DNA of 64,000 nt, taken from assembly GCA_963813715.1 (NCBI GenBank), contig CAWFAK010000008.1, positions 128,001 to 192,000 on the forward strand, in the 5' to 3' direction. The notes beneath the pieces are model-generated. The model did not search any database and had not been told where the DNA came from. It saw only the letters and a program-made list of their open reading frames with translations. Numbering within the stretch: the first letter of the stretch is position 1; each line of letters opens with the position of its first letter. A program made the position numbers and the translations under genes. Below are positions 10,711 to 21,785 of this stretch, one piece after another. The DNA is from an uncultured Planctomycetaceae bacterium (GTDB lineage Bacteria > Planctomycetota > Planctomycetia > Planctomycetales > Planctomycetaceae).

Positions 10711-11772
10711 TCAAGCCGCAATGACCGCTCGTTTGGCGGGCAGCGGCAAACGAATCCGGAACTCGCTCCCTTTTCCAGGCCCGTCGCTCCGCGCTTCAAC
10801 AGTGCCGCCGTGCAGGCCGACAATGTGCCGGACCAGCGACAGTCCGAGCCCCAGACCTCCCTGCGAGCGGTCACGGGTTTCGCCCACTTGCATGAAACGG
10901 TCGAACACCTTCGGCAAGAGATCGGCGGGAATGCCGACGCCCGTATCGCGAACGCCGATCTGCACATGCCCCGTCTCCGCCTGAACTGTCAGCTCGATGC
11001 GGCCGCGCTCGGGCGTGTACTTGGCAGCGTTATTAAGCAGGTTGGCGAGGGCCTGCACGAGCCGCGCGGGATCGGCCTCGATACGAACCGGCTCAGGCGG
11101 CAACGTCACGACGAGCTCGTGGGCGAATCGCTCGATCATCGGCTGGCTGGCTTGGACCGCGTCGTGCACGACGTCGGCCAGCTCGGTCCGCTGCAAATGC
11201 AGCTGAGTCTTTCCCGAGCGAATCCGCGACAGATCGAGCAGATCGTCCACAAGCCGCGTCAGTTGCTGGAGCTGTCGCTCCAGCACCATGCGCACGCGCT
11301 CGAGCGAGCGGGCATCGGCCGACGCGAGCCCCACGCTGGCCAGGCCGTAATGGATCGGGGCGAGATGATTGCGCAGTTCGTGGGCCAAGGTCGCCAGAAA
11401 GTCGTCCTTGTGGCGGTCGGCCCGCTTCAGCTCGAGCAACGAACTTCGCAAAGCCGACGTGCCCCAACTGATCGCCGCCCCTTCCAAAAAGAACAGCCCG
11501 ACCTGAAAGTTCTCCTCGAACGAGTTGTTGTGCAGCACCTGTCCCGGCGTGATGAAGAACCAATCGCAGAAGAAGGCCGCGGCAGCCGTCGCCAGCAGCC
11601 CTGGACCAAGGCCTCCCAGCCACGAACTGAACATGACTCCGGCGAGAAACAGCAAGAAGGGGTTCACCTCGCCGCGGAGCGGTCCGAAATAGCTCTTGAG
11701 CACGACCAGCAATCCCATGGTGAGGATCGCCACACCGTAATGCAGCAGTCGTCCGGCCCAAACGGAATGCAT
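10711..11772 (-). CDS. membrane sensor histidine kinase (DUF4118-like TM + HisKA + HATPase)
   Basis: FLATLAHELRN H-box, NLLNNAAKYT, DTGVGI, GGLGLGL. Confidence 0.9.
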   Translation of the reverse strand: MHSVWAGRLLHYGVAILTMGLLVVLKSYFGPLRGEVNPFLLFLAGVMFSSWLGGLGPGLLATAAAAFFCDWFFITPGQVLHNNSFEENFQVGLFFLEGAAISWGTSALRSSLLELKRADRHKDDFLATLAHELRNHLAPIHYGLASVGLASADARSLERVRMVLERQLQQLTRLVDDLLDLSRIRSGKTQLHLQRTELADVVHDAVQASQPMIERFAHELVVTLPPEPVRIEADPARLVQALANLLNNAAKYTPERGRIELTVQAETGHVQIGVRDTGVGIPADLLPKVFDRFMQVGETRDRSQGGLGLGLSLVRHIVGLHGGTVEARSDGPGKGSEFRIRLPLPAKRAVIAA

Positions 11773-11838
11773 GGCTTCCTCCTCCCTGTGATTCGATTAG
11801 GGCGTGTTCCCAGTGGTCACAGTCGATACGTGCGTCCG

Positions 11839-12861
11839 CTAGACGCGGGGCGCTGTTTCCGGCTTCAGGCTCTCACCGGTCGTCTCTTCGACGCGCTCAC
11901 GCCGCGGCTTGGGCCGGACAAACGACGCCCCGATCCCTGCCGCGAGCAAGAGCGCGATGGCCGCGAGCACGTAATAGGTCAGTCCGGGAATGCCGTGCAG
12001 GACGTCTTTCAGCAGCAACTTGAGACCGATCACCGCCAGAATCGCCGCGAGGGCCCGGTTGAGATAATGAAAACGATCGATCAGGTGCGCGAGTGCGAAA
12101 TACAGGGAGCGGAGCCCCAACAGCGCAAACACGTTGCTCGTGAAGACCAGAAACCGGTCCTCGGTGATCGCGAAGATGGCGGGAATCGAATCGGCGGCAA
12201 ACAGTAAGTCGGCGCTCTCGACCGCGACGAGGGCGAGCGCCAGCGGCGTCAGCATCAGCCGCCCGTCGATGCGGACAAGAAACTTTTGGCCAACAAGCTG
12301 ATCGGTGACGGGAATCAGACGGCGGACTAAGCGCACCAGGGCCTGGCCCTTCGGCCGCGAATCGTGCCGTTCGACCAGCATCCTCACCGCGGCCGCAATC
12401 AGCAGAACGCCGAACACGTACAGGATCCAATGGAATCGCTCGATGAGCAGCGAGCCGACGAGGATCATCAGTCCCCGCATCACGAGCGCGGCAAGAATGC
12501 CCCAGAACAGCACGCGATGCTGATGGGCGGCCGGAATGCCCAAGTAGCCGAAGATCAGGGCGATGACGCAGAGGTTGTCGACACTGAGCGATTTTTCGAC
12601 CACATATCCAGTCAAGAATGCCGTCGCCGCGGCCCAACCGTCGGGCTCCGCGTCCGGGACGTCCATGCCGAACCAGTGCCGCTCGTAACCAAAGTAGATG
12701 AACAACGTGAACAAGAGCGCCAGCCCGACCCAGCCGCCACTCCAGAGCAGCGCTTCGCGGACAGGGATCGCGTGCGCTTTGCGGTGGAACACGCCGAGAT
12801 CGAGCGCGAGCAGGACCACGATGAAACCAATGAAACCGAGCCACAACCATTCCATGACCAT
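11839..12861 (-). CDS. TerC/Alx family metal homeostasis membrane protein
   Basis: LALDLGVFHRK, EKSLSVDN, QHRVLFWGI, DLLFAADSIPAIFAIT, TSNVFALLGLRSLYF. Confidence 0.92.
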   Translation of the reverse strand: MVMEWLWLGFIGFIVVLLALDLGVFHRKAHAIPVREALLWSGGWVGLALLFTLFIYFGYERHWFGMDVPDAEPDGWAAATAFLTGYVVEKSLSVDNLCVIALIFGYLGIPAAHQHRVLFWGILAALVMRGLMILVGSLLIERFHWILYVFGVLLIAAAVRMLVERHDSRPKGQALVRLVRRLIPVTDQLVGQKFLVRIDGRLMLTPLALALVAVESADLLFAADSIPAIFAITEDRFLVFTSNVFALLGLRSLYFALAHLIDRFHYLNRALAAILAVIGLKLLLKDVLHGIPGLTYYVLAAIALLLAAGIGASFVRPKPRRERVEETTGESLKPETAPRV

Positions 12862-13049
12862 CTCCGAGAACGCGCGGGACTGAGGCTGCTCGATTCCAGC
12901 GACGGGTGTCACATGAGCGCGCCGGCTGGCGACGTTGCAGCGGAATACGCGATTCCGCCGGCGCCAAAGCGCAGCGCTCAGCAGGGCAGCGAACTCGTGG
13001 CGCTACGCGTCAAATCAACGCGCGCGTCGAGCCGTCGCTGGCGCGCGGT

Positions 13050-13358
13050 CTAGCACCGCAGCGACATCAGCGCGTAGAGATGGTCCGTGCCTTCGCCATC
13101 CGGCAGTGCACAATGTGCAGCGGAGCGAGCGGCCGGGAGGGTGAGCGAACGTTCGATCAAGGAAGACCGGCAGGCCGACGGGGCCAGCCCCTCAGCCGTG
13201 CTCGCTCGACGGCAACCTGCGCCGTCAAAAAAAGCCTCAGCATTTTCTCCGCCCAAATCTCCGCCTGTGGCGACGGTGGGAAAGTAATCGTCGACGCCTG
13301 CCCAACCCACCAGGGCAAACAGCAACAGATTACGGAGAAAAAGGCCGTACCGGTTCAT
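13050..13358 (-). CDS. small exported/membrane-anchored protein upstream of TerC (possible leader peptide)
   Basis: N-terminal hydrophobic segment, low-complexity middle, C-terminal DHLYALMSLRC; same strand as TerC. Confidence 0.5.
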   Translation of the reverse strand: MNRYGLFLRNLLLFALVGWAGVDDYFPTVATGGDLGGENAEAFFDGAGCRRASTAEGLAPSACRSSLIERSLTLPAARSAAHCALPDGEGTDHLYALMSLRC

Positions 13359-13687
13359 CCGGCGTTCCACCACAAAGAATCAGGTCGTCCGTGACTGCGA
13401 ACGTCGTCTATTGTAACGTCAGCCGTTCAAACGTGTCGGTGCGGTGAGCGGATCTTCACTCGCCGGATTTTAGTTGGCGGATTCGCCGCACTCCAGGGTA
13501 CCCGTGGCCCCTCGTGGGTCATACGATTGGGCCTGCCAAAACATCCGCGGCCATTTTCGACCCGAGACACGTACAAATCCGATGGCCGGCGGTTCCGACA
13601 CTTTTGTGTCGCGACAGCCTCGAGCCACAACGGCACATCGGCGTTTTGGTCAATCAAATTGTCGTCCATGATGCCCAATTGCCGACC

Positions 13688-14941
13688 ATGACACACGATG
13701 CCGCTGCCCAGGTCCGCGAGACGGTGGACGCCGTCTACCGCTCGGAATCGCGCCGCGTGCTGGCCACGCTGATTCGGCTATTGGGGGATTTCGACCTCGC
13801 TGAGGAAGCCTTGCACGAGGCCTTCGCGTCGGCGGTCGAACAATGGTCGCGCGATGGCGTGCCGGCGAACCCCCGAGCCTGGCTCGTTTCGACCGGCCGC
13901 TTCAAGGCGATCGACACGCTCCGCCGTCGCGCTCGCCACGATGCCTCGCTGCTTGCCCTGGCCGAACGGCTGGACGCCGACCTGCGCAAATCGGCGGGAC
14001 CGGAAATGGTCGCCGTCGAAGACGATCGCCTGCGGCTGATTTTCACCTGTTGCCATCCCGCGCTGCCGCCGGAGGCACAAATCTCGCTCACGTTGCGCGA
14101 AGTCTGCGGACTCACGACAGAGGAAATCGCCAGTGCCTTTCTCACCGCTCCGCCCACGCTGGCCCAGCGCATCGTGCGGGCGAAGGCCAAAATTCGTGCC
14201 GCAAAGATTCCCTATCAAATCCCGTCGCGCGAAGAGTTGCCCGACCGCCTGGGGACGGTGCTGCATGTGATCTATTTGGTGTTCAACGAGGGTTATTCGG
14301 CTTCCTCGGGTGAGTCGTTGACACGCCCCGATCTTTCCGGCGAGGCCATCCGGCTGGGCCGCCTGTTGTTGGAGCTGTTGCCCGAGCCGGAAGTCCGTGG
14401 CCTCGTGGCGTTGATGTTGTTGCACGAGTCGCGACGCATGGCCCGAACGCGGCCGGACGGCGAACTGGTCCTGCTGGAGAACCAAGATCGCGGGCTTTGG
14501 AACCGCGGCCAGATCGAGGAAGGGCTCGCGCTCGTCGCGGAAGCACTCGCCTCGCAACGATTCGGGCCGTACAGTCTGCAGGCGGCAATCGCGGCCGTGC
14601 ATGCCGAAGCGCCGCAGCCGGCCACGACCGATTGGTCGAGAATCGTCGGTATCTACGATCTGTTGCTGCAGATCGAATCCTCGCCAGTTGTCGAATTGAA
14701 CCGGGCCGTGGCAGTGGCCATGCGGGACGGTCCGGCAGCTGGATTGGAACTGATCGACGCCATTCTCGCACGGGGCGATCTGACCGATTATCACCTCGCT
14801 TATGCGGCCCGGGCCGATTTTTGTCGGCGGCTGGGTCGGACGGCCGAAGCGGAACGCGCCTATCGGCAGGCGATCGACCTGGCCCGGCAGGAACCGGAAC
14901 GGCGATTTCTGGAGCGACGACTGGCAGAATTGGGCGACTAA
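13688..14941 (+). CDS. ECF RNA polymerase sigma factor with C-terminal TPR extension (ECF42-like)
   Basis: GDFDLAEEAL, DDRLRLIFTCCHPAL, AQRIVRAKAKI, YLVFNEGY, GPYSLQAAIAAVH; followed by YciI genes. Confidence 0.92.
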   Translation: MTHDAAAQVRETVDAVYRSESRRVLATLIRLLGDFDLAEEALHEAFASAVEQWSRDGVPANPRAWLVSTGRFKAIDTLRRRARHDASLLALAERLDADLRKSAGPEMVAVEDDRLRLIFTCCHPALPPEAQISLTLREVCGLTTEEIASAFLTAPPTLAQRIVRAKAKIRAAKIPYQIPSREELPDRLGTVLHVIYLVFNEGYSASSGESLTRPDLSGEAIRLGRLLLELLPEPEVRGLVALMLLHESRRMARTRPDGELVLLENQDRGLWNRGQIEEGLALVAEALASQRFGPYSLQAAIAAVHAEAPQPATTDWSRIVGIYDLLLQIESSPVVELNRAVAVAMRDGPAAGLELIDAILARGDLTDYHLAYAARADFCRRLGRTAEAERAYRQAIDLARQEPERRFLERRLAELGD

Positions 14942-15082
14942 AGATTTTCTGCGAAGGCCTGTCGATTCCGGCGGCGGCCGAACGACTAGTTCGCGAGCCG
15001 TCGATGTGGCCCCGGAGGAATGGGGCGGCGATTCGGCCCAAACACTCTCCGCCGCGAGCGGAACTATCCAGGAGACACGACC

Positions 15083-15499
15083 TTGCGATTCATGGTCATT
15101 GTCAAAGCGAACCCCGACTCCGAAGCCGGCGTCCTGCCGACCCCGGAATTACTCGCCGAAATGATGAAGTACAACGAAGAACTGGTGAAAGCGGGCGTGA
15201 TGCTGTCCGGCGACGGGCTGCACGCCAGCTCCAAGGGAGTTCGGGTCAAATTCTCGGGCGGCAAAACGACCGTGACCGACGGCCCCTTCACCGAAACCAA
15301 AGAGCTGATCGCCGGCTTTTGGATCTTTAAGGTGAAATCGAAGCAGGAGGCGATCGACTGGGTCAAGCGAGCGCCGATGCAAGACACCGAACTCGAAATT
15401 CGCCAAATCTTCGAGGCCGACGACTTCGGCGACAACCTCACTCCGTCGCTCAAGGAAAAGGAAGCTCGATTGCGGGCCCAAACGGCCAACAAAAAGTAA
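15083..15499 (+). CDS. YciI/DGPF family protein
   Basis: TDGPFTETKELIAGFW motif; GGAG RBS before a TTG start. Confidence 0.88.
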   Translation: MRFMVIVKANPDSEAGVLPTPELLAEMMKYNEELVKAGVMLSGDGLHASSKGVRVKFSGGKTTVTDGPFTETKELIAGFWIFKVKSKQEAIDWVKRAPMQDTELEIRQIFEADDFGDNLTPSLKEKEARLRAQTANKK

Positions 15500-15568
15500 A
15501 CGGCACACCGAGCGGCACCCCCGCAATCAAAAACATCATGTCCGTCGACAAACACAGGAGAACTCGCC

Positions 15569-15982
15569 ATGCAAGTTAGCCCGTATCTCTTTTTTGAGGG
15601 TCGTTGCGAGGAAGCTCTCGAGTTCTACAAGAAAGCCGTCGGAGCGGAGGTCAATTCGCTGATTCGCTACAAGGACTGCCCAGATCCGCTGCCTCCCGGC
15701 ATGTTCCCGCCGGGATCGGAGAACAAGGTCATGAACGCCGAGTTCAGGATCGGACAGTCGAAGCTCTACGCCTCGGACGGACGCTGCTCGGGGAAGCCCG
15801 TGCATCAAGGCTTTTCGCTTTCCGTGACGGTGGCCAACCCGGCGGAGGCCGGTCGCTGCTTCGCCGCTCTCTCCGATCAGGGCCAGGTGCAGATGCCGCT
15901 GGGCAAAACGTTCTTCTCACCGAGCTTCGGCATGCTCACCGATCCGTTTGGCATCGAGTGGATGGTCTACGTGGCACCGTAA
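15569..15982 (+). CDS. VOC/PhnB family protein
   Basis: PYLFFEGRCEEALEFY, QMPLGKTFFSPSFGMLTDPFGIEWMV. Confidence 0.9.
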   Translation: MQVSPYLFFEGRCEEALEFYKKAVGAEVNSLIRYKDCPDPLPPGMFPPGSENKVMNAEFRIGQSKLYASDGRCSGKPVHQGFSLSVTVANPAEAGRCFAALSDQGQVQMPLGKTFFSPSFGMLTDPFGIEWMVYVAP

Positions 15983-16083
15983 CGCCGATCGGCCGTGCAC
16001 GATTCGTGCTTGGCCACGTCAGTACCATGCCGCGTCAGTACCATGCCGAATCAGTCCCACTCTTTGACTCACAGGGTCCGGTC

Positions 16084-16470
16084 ATGAAATACATGCTGTT
16101 GATTTATAGTGACGAAGAGGCGTGGACCGATGCCGAGCGCCAACACTGCTTCGCGGAATCGACCCAGCTCACGCACGATTTGAATGCCGCCGGCCAGTTT
16201 CTGGGAGCCTCGCCGTTGCACTCCGTGTCGACGGCGACGAGCGTCCGCATCCGCAACGGCAAACGACTGGTCACCGACGGCCCATTCGCCGAGACCCGCG
16301 AGCAGCTCGGCGGATACTTCCTCATCGAAGCTCCCGACCTCGACGCGGCGATCGGCATTGCGGCGCGCATCCCGGGAGCGCGCAAAGGAACCGTCGAGGT
16401 CCGCCCGGTACTAGAACTCGATGGGCCGCCGACAGAAGCCTCCGCGGACGCGGCAAGACGCGTCGATTGA
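16084..16470 (+). CDS. YciI/DGPF family protein
   Basis: MKYMLLIY, TDGPFAETREQLGGYF, GTVEVRP. Confidence 0.9.
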   Translation: MKYMLLIYSDEEAWTDAERQHCFAESTQLTHDLNAAGQFLGASPLHSVSTATSVRIRNGKRLVTDGPFAETREQLGGYFLIEAPDLDAAIGIAARIPGARKGTVEVRPVLELDGPPTEASADAARRVD

Positions 16471-16604
16471 CCGCCCGCGTGGACAGAGCGGTCACGGATG
16501 GATTAAGGGAGTTCGACCGCCCGCAATTGCGAGGGGTGCGACCGATCTGGGATACTGCAGGCTGACGTCGAGATCTCCGGCACGTAGCGGCGAACAAAAC
16601 TCTC

Positions 16605-18076
16605 ATGACCGGTCTGCGGCACGGCTTTTTGGCCGATCGAGCAGTCACTGCTGATCCGGCAGCGACTGGCGGAGGCTCGTTTTCGCGGCGGGCCCTATTG
16701 CAGCGGGCGGCCAGCGGCTTCGGCGCCGTCGCGCTCTCGGCCCTATTTTGCGACGACGCATTTGCCAACTCGGCGAGCCCGGCTGATCCGCTCGCGGCGC
16801 GGCCGCCCCATTTTCCGCGCGGGCCAAGCGGGTCATCTTTCTCTACATGGACGGCGGCCCTTCGCAGGTCGATACGTTCGATCCCAAGCCGCGGCTCGAC
16901 CGGGAGCACGGGCAACCCTTCAAAATGAAGGTGCAGCCGACGCAATTCGACAATGTCGGCACCACGCTCAAGTCCCCCTGGCAGTTTCGCAAGCGGGGCC
17001 AAAGCGGACTCGACGTGAGCGACCTCTTCCCGCACGTCGCCCGGTGTGCCGACGACCTGTGCGTCATCCGGTCGATGACGTCGCAGTTCTCCGAGCACAC
17101 GAACGCAAATTATTTCCTGCACACCGGCCTGGGACTGGTCGGCCGGCCGAGCATGGGTTCCTGGGTGCTTTACGGCTTGGGGACCGAGTGCCATGACCTG
17201 CCCGGCTTCGTCGTATTGAACGGCGATTTGATTCCGCCCGGCGGCCTCGAATGCTTTCACAACGGCTTCTTGCCGGCGACGTATCAGGGCTCGGTCTTCA
17301 AGCGCGGGGCCAACCCGGTCGCCGACTTGAGAAGCCTCGACTCGTCGCCCATCCGGCAGCGTCGCGAGCTGGAGCTGATGCGGCGGCTGGACGCGGCTGG
17401 CCTGGAGCGGAACGGTCCCAGCGACGCGATCGAGTCGGCAATTCGCAATTACGAGCTCGCATTCCGCATGCAGACGGCCGTCCCCGAGCTGATGGACGTT
17501 TCGCGCGAGTCGCGAGCCACGCAGGAGCTGTATGGCCTCTTCGATCCGTTCGAGAAGACCCGCAACTACGCGCACCAGTGCCTGGTCGCCCGACGGCTCA
17601 TCGAGCGGGGAGTTCGCTTCGTCGAACTGACCTGCCCGCAGGTGGCGGCCGACCGCTGGGACCAGCACAGCCGCCTCCGCGAGGGACACGAACTCAACGC
17701 GCAGGCCACCGACCGGCCGATCGCCGGCCTGCTCACCGACCTCAAATCACGCGGCCTGCTGAAAGACACGCTGGTGATCTGGGCGGGCGAATTCGGCCGG
17801 ACGCCGATGGCCCAAGGCAGCGACGGCCGCGACCACAACCCGTTCGGCTACACGATCTGGATGGCGGGCGGCGGCGTGAAGCCGGGCTTCGTCTTCGGCA
17901 AGACCGACGAGTACGGCTACTATGCGATCGAGAACAAGCTCGAGATGTACGACCTCCACGCGACGATGCTCTACCTGCTCGGCCTGGACCACAAAAAACT
18001 CACCTTCCGCTTCAGCTCTCGCGACATGCGACTGACCGACGTGCACGGCCAGGTGGCACACGAGATCATTGCCTAG
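16605..18076 (+). CDS. DUF1501 domain protein (frameshift ~16820)
   Basis: Tat-like SRRALL, then (AKRVIFLY)MDGGPSQVDTFDPKP, WDQH, GEFGRTP, GRDHNP, DLHATMLYLLGLDH. Confidence 0.9.
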
Positions 18077-18079
18077 CGC

Positions 18080-18613
18080 TCGCGCAACCGCGCCGGCGTA
18101 GAAAACTGATCTTGTTTGAATCGCCCTCTTGTGGCTGAATGGAGAGAGCGGTTTTTTATTGCGCTGCGGAGAAGATCCGTAGGTCGAACGCGCGCGACGG
18201 GATCGCGTTGCCGGCGTTGATTGGGTGGGCTCGTGTTGCGCGGGAGCGGCGATTGTGGTTTCAGGTGCGCAGCGACATGAGCGAAATGTCATCCCAACCC
18301 CCAGTGGTGTGGTCAACTACTTTCACAAGGTAGTTGACCACGGAGATAGTTGACCACAGGCCGTGCGCCGGGGAACGGTTCCCCGCCAGGAACGAAAAAA
18401 GGGTTCCCTACTGGTGGTGGGGATCCTTTTTCACTAAACGGAGTCGAAAGATCGCCAGCAGCTGGACCCGTTCCCGAGGATGCCGACCCCAGCAACTGTC
18501 TCGGAACGGTGGGACAAGTGGACCCGGCGGGACACCGAAAAGTGGTCCCGGCGTGACGGGACTCCATGAATTGATATAAGGGGAAAGGGCAAAAGTGGTC
18601 CCACCGCGCGGGC
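18080..18613. repeat. modular non-coding repeat, copy A (intact; empty IS target site)
   Basis: About five blocks are shared, in the same order and inverted orientation, with 56838->56603 plus 52860->52430. Central palindrome GGTCAACTA-N11-TAGTTGACC at 18311-18339. Confidence 0.9.
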
Positions 18614-18667
18614 TTCCGCCTCCGCAATCTTGCTCGACGGAGGGGCGGTCTGCGGTAAGTCACTGAC

Positions 18668-20393
18668 CTACGGCGACAACTTACGACCATAAACGGTCGC
18701 CAGGCGATCGATCGCCGTGTCGACGGCGGCGGCCTTGGCGTCGGCACTCAGTCTCCCACTCTCCGCCAGCAGATCGGCCAGTTCGTCCAGCGTGCGGCGT
18801 GACAGGTGCGGGCTGTAAAGCAGCATCAGCCGTCGTTCGACGAGATCCTCCAGCCGCTCGACTCGCTCGTGCGCGATCACCCACCGCACGAACGTCCGTG
18901 GCAGGGAGCTGTCGACGACGCTTTCCAACCGCCGCGGATCGGCGTCGCTCGATTGGGCCTGCAGAATCTCGCCGGTGAGCGTGCCGCAAAGTTCCCAGAT
19001 TGCGTTCACTTGCTCGCGGACTCAAGCCAAACTGTGAGGCGACTTGCTGTTTCTGGGCGTCCCGGGCCGGGGCGTCCTCGCCGAGGTTTTTGCTGCCCGG
19101 CAGATAACGTCCCACGGTCAACGCCGAGCGGGTAATGCCGAGACGCGCGAGGACCGAGTCGGTCACCAGCTCGCCGAGGGCGCGGGACGTCGTCAACTTG
19201 CCGCCCACCAGCGTGAGCACGGGGATCCGCCCGTGGGATTGGACGGCAATCGAATGGTCGCGCGAGATCGAGGCTTCCGATGCGTTGCCGGCGTAAGGCA
19301 GCGGCCGCACGCCGCTATAGGTCAAAGTGACGTCGCTGGAGACCAGGTGCACTCCGGGAAACAGCTCGTTCACCGTCTCGATCAAATAGGTCAGTTCGGC
19401 GGGCGAGGCGACGGCCGTCTCTGGGGGAGCGTCGAATCGCTCGTCGGTGGTGCCGACAAGCACGGCGTCGCCGAAGGGCAGCACGAAGATCAAGCGACCG
19501 TCGGCCGCCTCAGCATAGACGCCGGACGGTCCGATCGCCTGCTTGAGCGCCGCCTGATGACTGACAAAGTGGCTCCCCTTGGTACCACCAAACAGCCGCG
19601 GGGCCGGCACGTGCAGCTCGCCGAGCGTGAGGTCGCCCCACGCGCCGGTCGCGTTGATTACGAGCTGGGGCGTCACGGTGCTCGCGACGCCGCGGGAGTC
19701 GGTGATTTTCACGGTCTCATCGATGAACTCGGCCTGCGAATAGGTAAACAGGCGGAAATCGACGCCAGTTGTCTCGGCGATTTGCCGTGCGTCCTCGAGC
19801 AGCGCCACGCAGTAGCGTTCGGGAAACCGCATTTGGGCATCGCTATAGGCGCAGAGCCAGCGGAACCGCCCGCGATCGACCTGCGGCACGCCGGGCTCGT
19901 TCGAGTCGTGGACGCAGTGCGCCGGCATCTGCGGATCGGCCGCAAAGCGGTCGTAAAGCGACAGGCCGATCTCGATGGCCCACAGCCCGCGCTCGCTCGC
20001 GTGCTGCAAGGGATGCGTCAGGCGGTTGAGCAGCGGCGAGCGAGTGACTCCCAGAAATTTGAGTCCCGATTGAATCAATCCACTCGTTCGCTCTGCGACA
20101 GGGATGTAGAGTCGCAGCGGCTCGACCAAGTGGGCCGCCAGCTTGCAGAGGCGCGTGCGTTCGGCGAGCGATTCGCGGACGAGATGGAAGTCGGCGTACT
20201 CGAGATAGCGCAATCCGCCATGAATCAGCCGCGACGCCCGCGAGGTCGCTCCAAAGGCGATGTCGTTTTTTTCGACGATCCAGACGTCGATGCCGTTGAG
20301 CAACAGCTCGCGGGCCGTGGAGCAACCGTTGATCCCGGCCCCCAGGATCAGAACTTTCGGGCGCCCGCTCGAACTCGTGGCCGCTTCAATCAT
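18668..20393 (-). CDS. glpD: FAD-dependent glycerol-3-phosphate dehydrogenase/oxidase (frameshift ~19010)
   Basis: GAGING FAD motif, TSRASRLIHGGLRYLE, TKGSH, VGTTD, YSGVRPL, GGKLTT; C-terminal LEDLVERR in the next frame. Confidence 0.85.
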
Positions 20394-20569
20394 GGCCGGT
20401 ATTGTTTCGGACGCCGGCCCGGAAGTGAAGGGACGCCGGAAGGCGGCTTTCGCCCGGAAATGCCAGCCGGTTTCCCGCAGTTTGCCTGTCGCCTAGAATG
20501 AGAGACCGCGATCGCGGGCTGTTTCGTGCGGAGCAGCCAAGCCGGTCGCTTTCCGCCGAGGCAGATTCG

Positions 20570-21785
20570 ATGACGTCCAGCCCAATCGAGCAAGCCCTGA
20601 CAGCTCTGCGGCATGGGCAGCTGGTGATCGTGGCCGACGCGCTCGATCGCGAGAATGAAGGGGACTTGATCTGCGCGGCCGAGACGATCACGCCGGAAAC
20701 AGTCGACTTCATGCTGCGGACGGGGCGGGGCTGGCTGTGCGTGCCGCTGACACAGAATGCCGCGGAGCGATTGAACCTGACCCACGCCGTCGCGACCGAC
20801 CGCAATACGGCCCCGCACAAGACGCCGTTTCTGATCCAGGTCGATCACCGTGAAGCGGGAACCGGCGTCAGTCCGAACAGCCGAGCCATGACGATTCGCG
20901 CGCTGGCCGATCCGCGTTCGACGGCCGCCGATTTCGTTCAGCCGGGCCACGTGTCGCCCCTGTTGGCGAAGGAAGGGGGCGTACTCCGCCGCGCCGGCCA
21001 TACCGAGGCGACCGTCGATCTGCTCCGTATGGCCGGCATGAAGCCGGTCGGCGCGCTGATCGAGGTTTGCAGCCAGCGGCACCTGGGCATGGCGAACATG
21101 GCCGAGTTGCAGGAGCTGGCCGCCGAATATCAGATTCCGATCGTGTCGATCGAGGATCTGATCCGCTATCGCCGCGTCCGTGAACAATTAATTCATCGCG
21201 AAGTCGAAGTGCCGCTGAAGACGAAACACTACGGCACGCCGACAGTCATCGCGTATAGCGTCGCACACGAAGACCAGGAGCCTCTCGCCCTGGTTTGGGG
21301 CGACCTGGCAGGAGCGGAGCGCCCGCCCTTGGTCCGGATGCACTCTTCCTGCTTTACGGGCGACGTGCTCGAATCGCTCCGCTGCGACTGCGGCGCCCAG
21401 CTCCAGATGGCGATGGAGACGATTTATAAGGAGGGAGTCGGCGCGGTCGTCTATCTTCCGCAGGAGGGGCGGGGCATCGGCCTGCTGGCCAAACTCAAGG
21501 CCTACAAGCTGCAGGACCAAGGTCTCGATACGGTCGAGGCTAATCATCGCCTGGGTTTCAAAGCTGACCAGCGCGACTACATGGTCGGCGCGCAGATCCT
21601 CAAGGACCTTGGGCCTGACCAAAATTCGCGTGCTGACCAATAATCCCAAGAAGACCGACTCGGCCGTCTTTCACGCCGTCGAGCTGGAAATTGTCGAGCA
21701 AGTGCCGATCATCGCTCCCCCCGATCCGCACCGCGAAAAATATCTCGCGACGAAGCGCGACAAGATGGGCCATCTTCTCCCGTAG
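20570..21785 (+). CDS. ribBA: bifunctional DHBP synthase / GTP cyclohydrolase II (frameshift ~21620)
   Basis: [45 protein letters not shown]; continues LTNNPKK...KRDKMGH in a shifted frame. Confidence 0.95.

Noticed and set aside
16019..16050. Short tandem duplications (TCAGTACCATGCCG x2 here; GAACGATCACGGAC x2 in murF near 48519-48547)
   Set aside because: Isolated slippage-type duplications with no further structure.
18139..18333. Peptide SDMSEMSSQPPVVWSTTFTR shared with ORF 56591..56779
   Set aside because: A by-product of the DNA repeat; upstream parts differ by indels and there is no evidence of coding selection.
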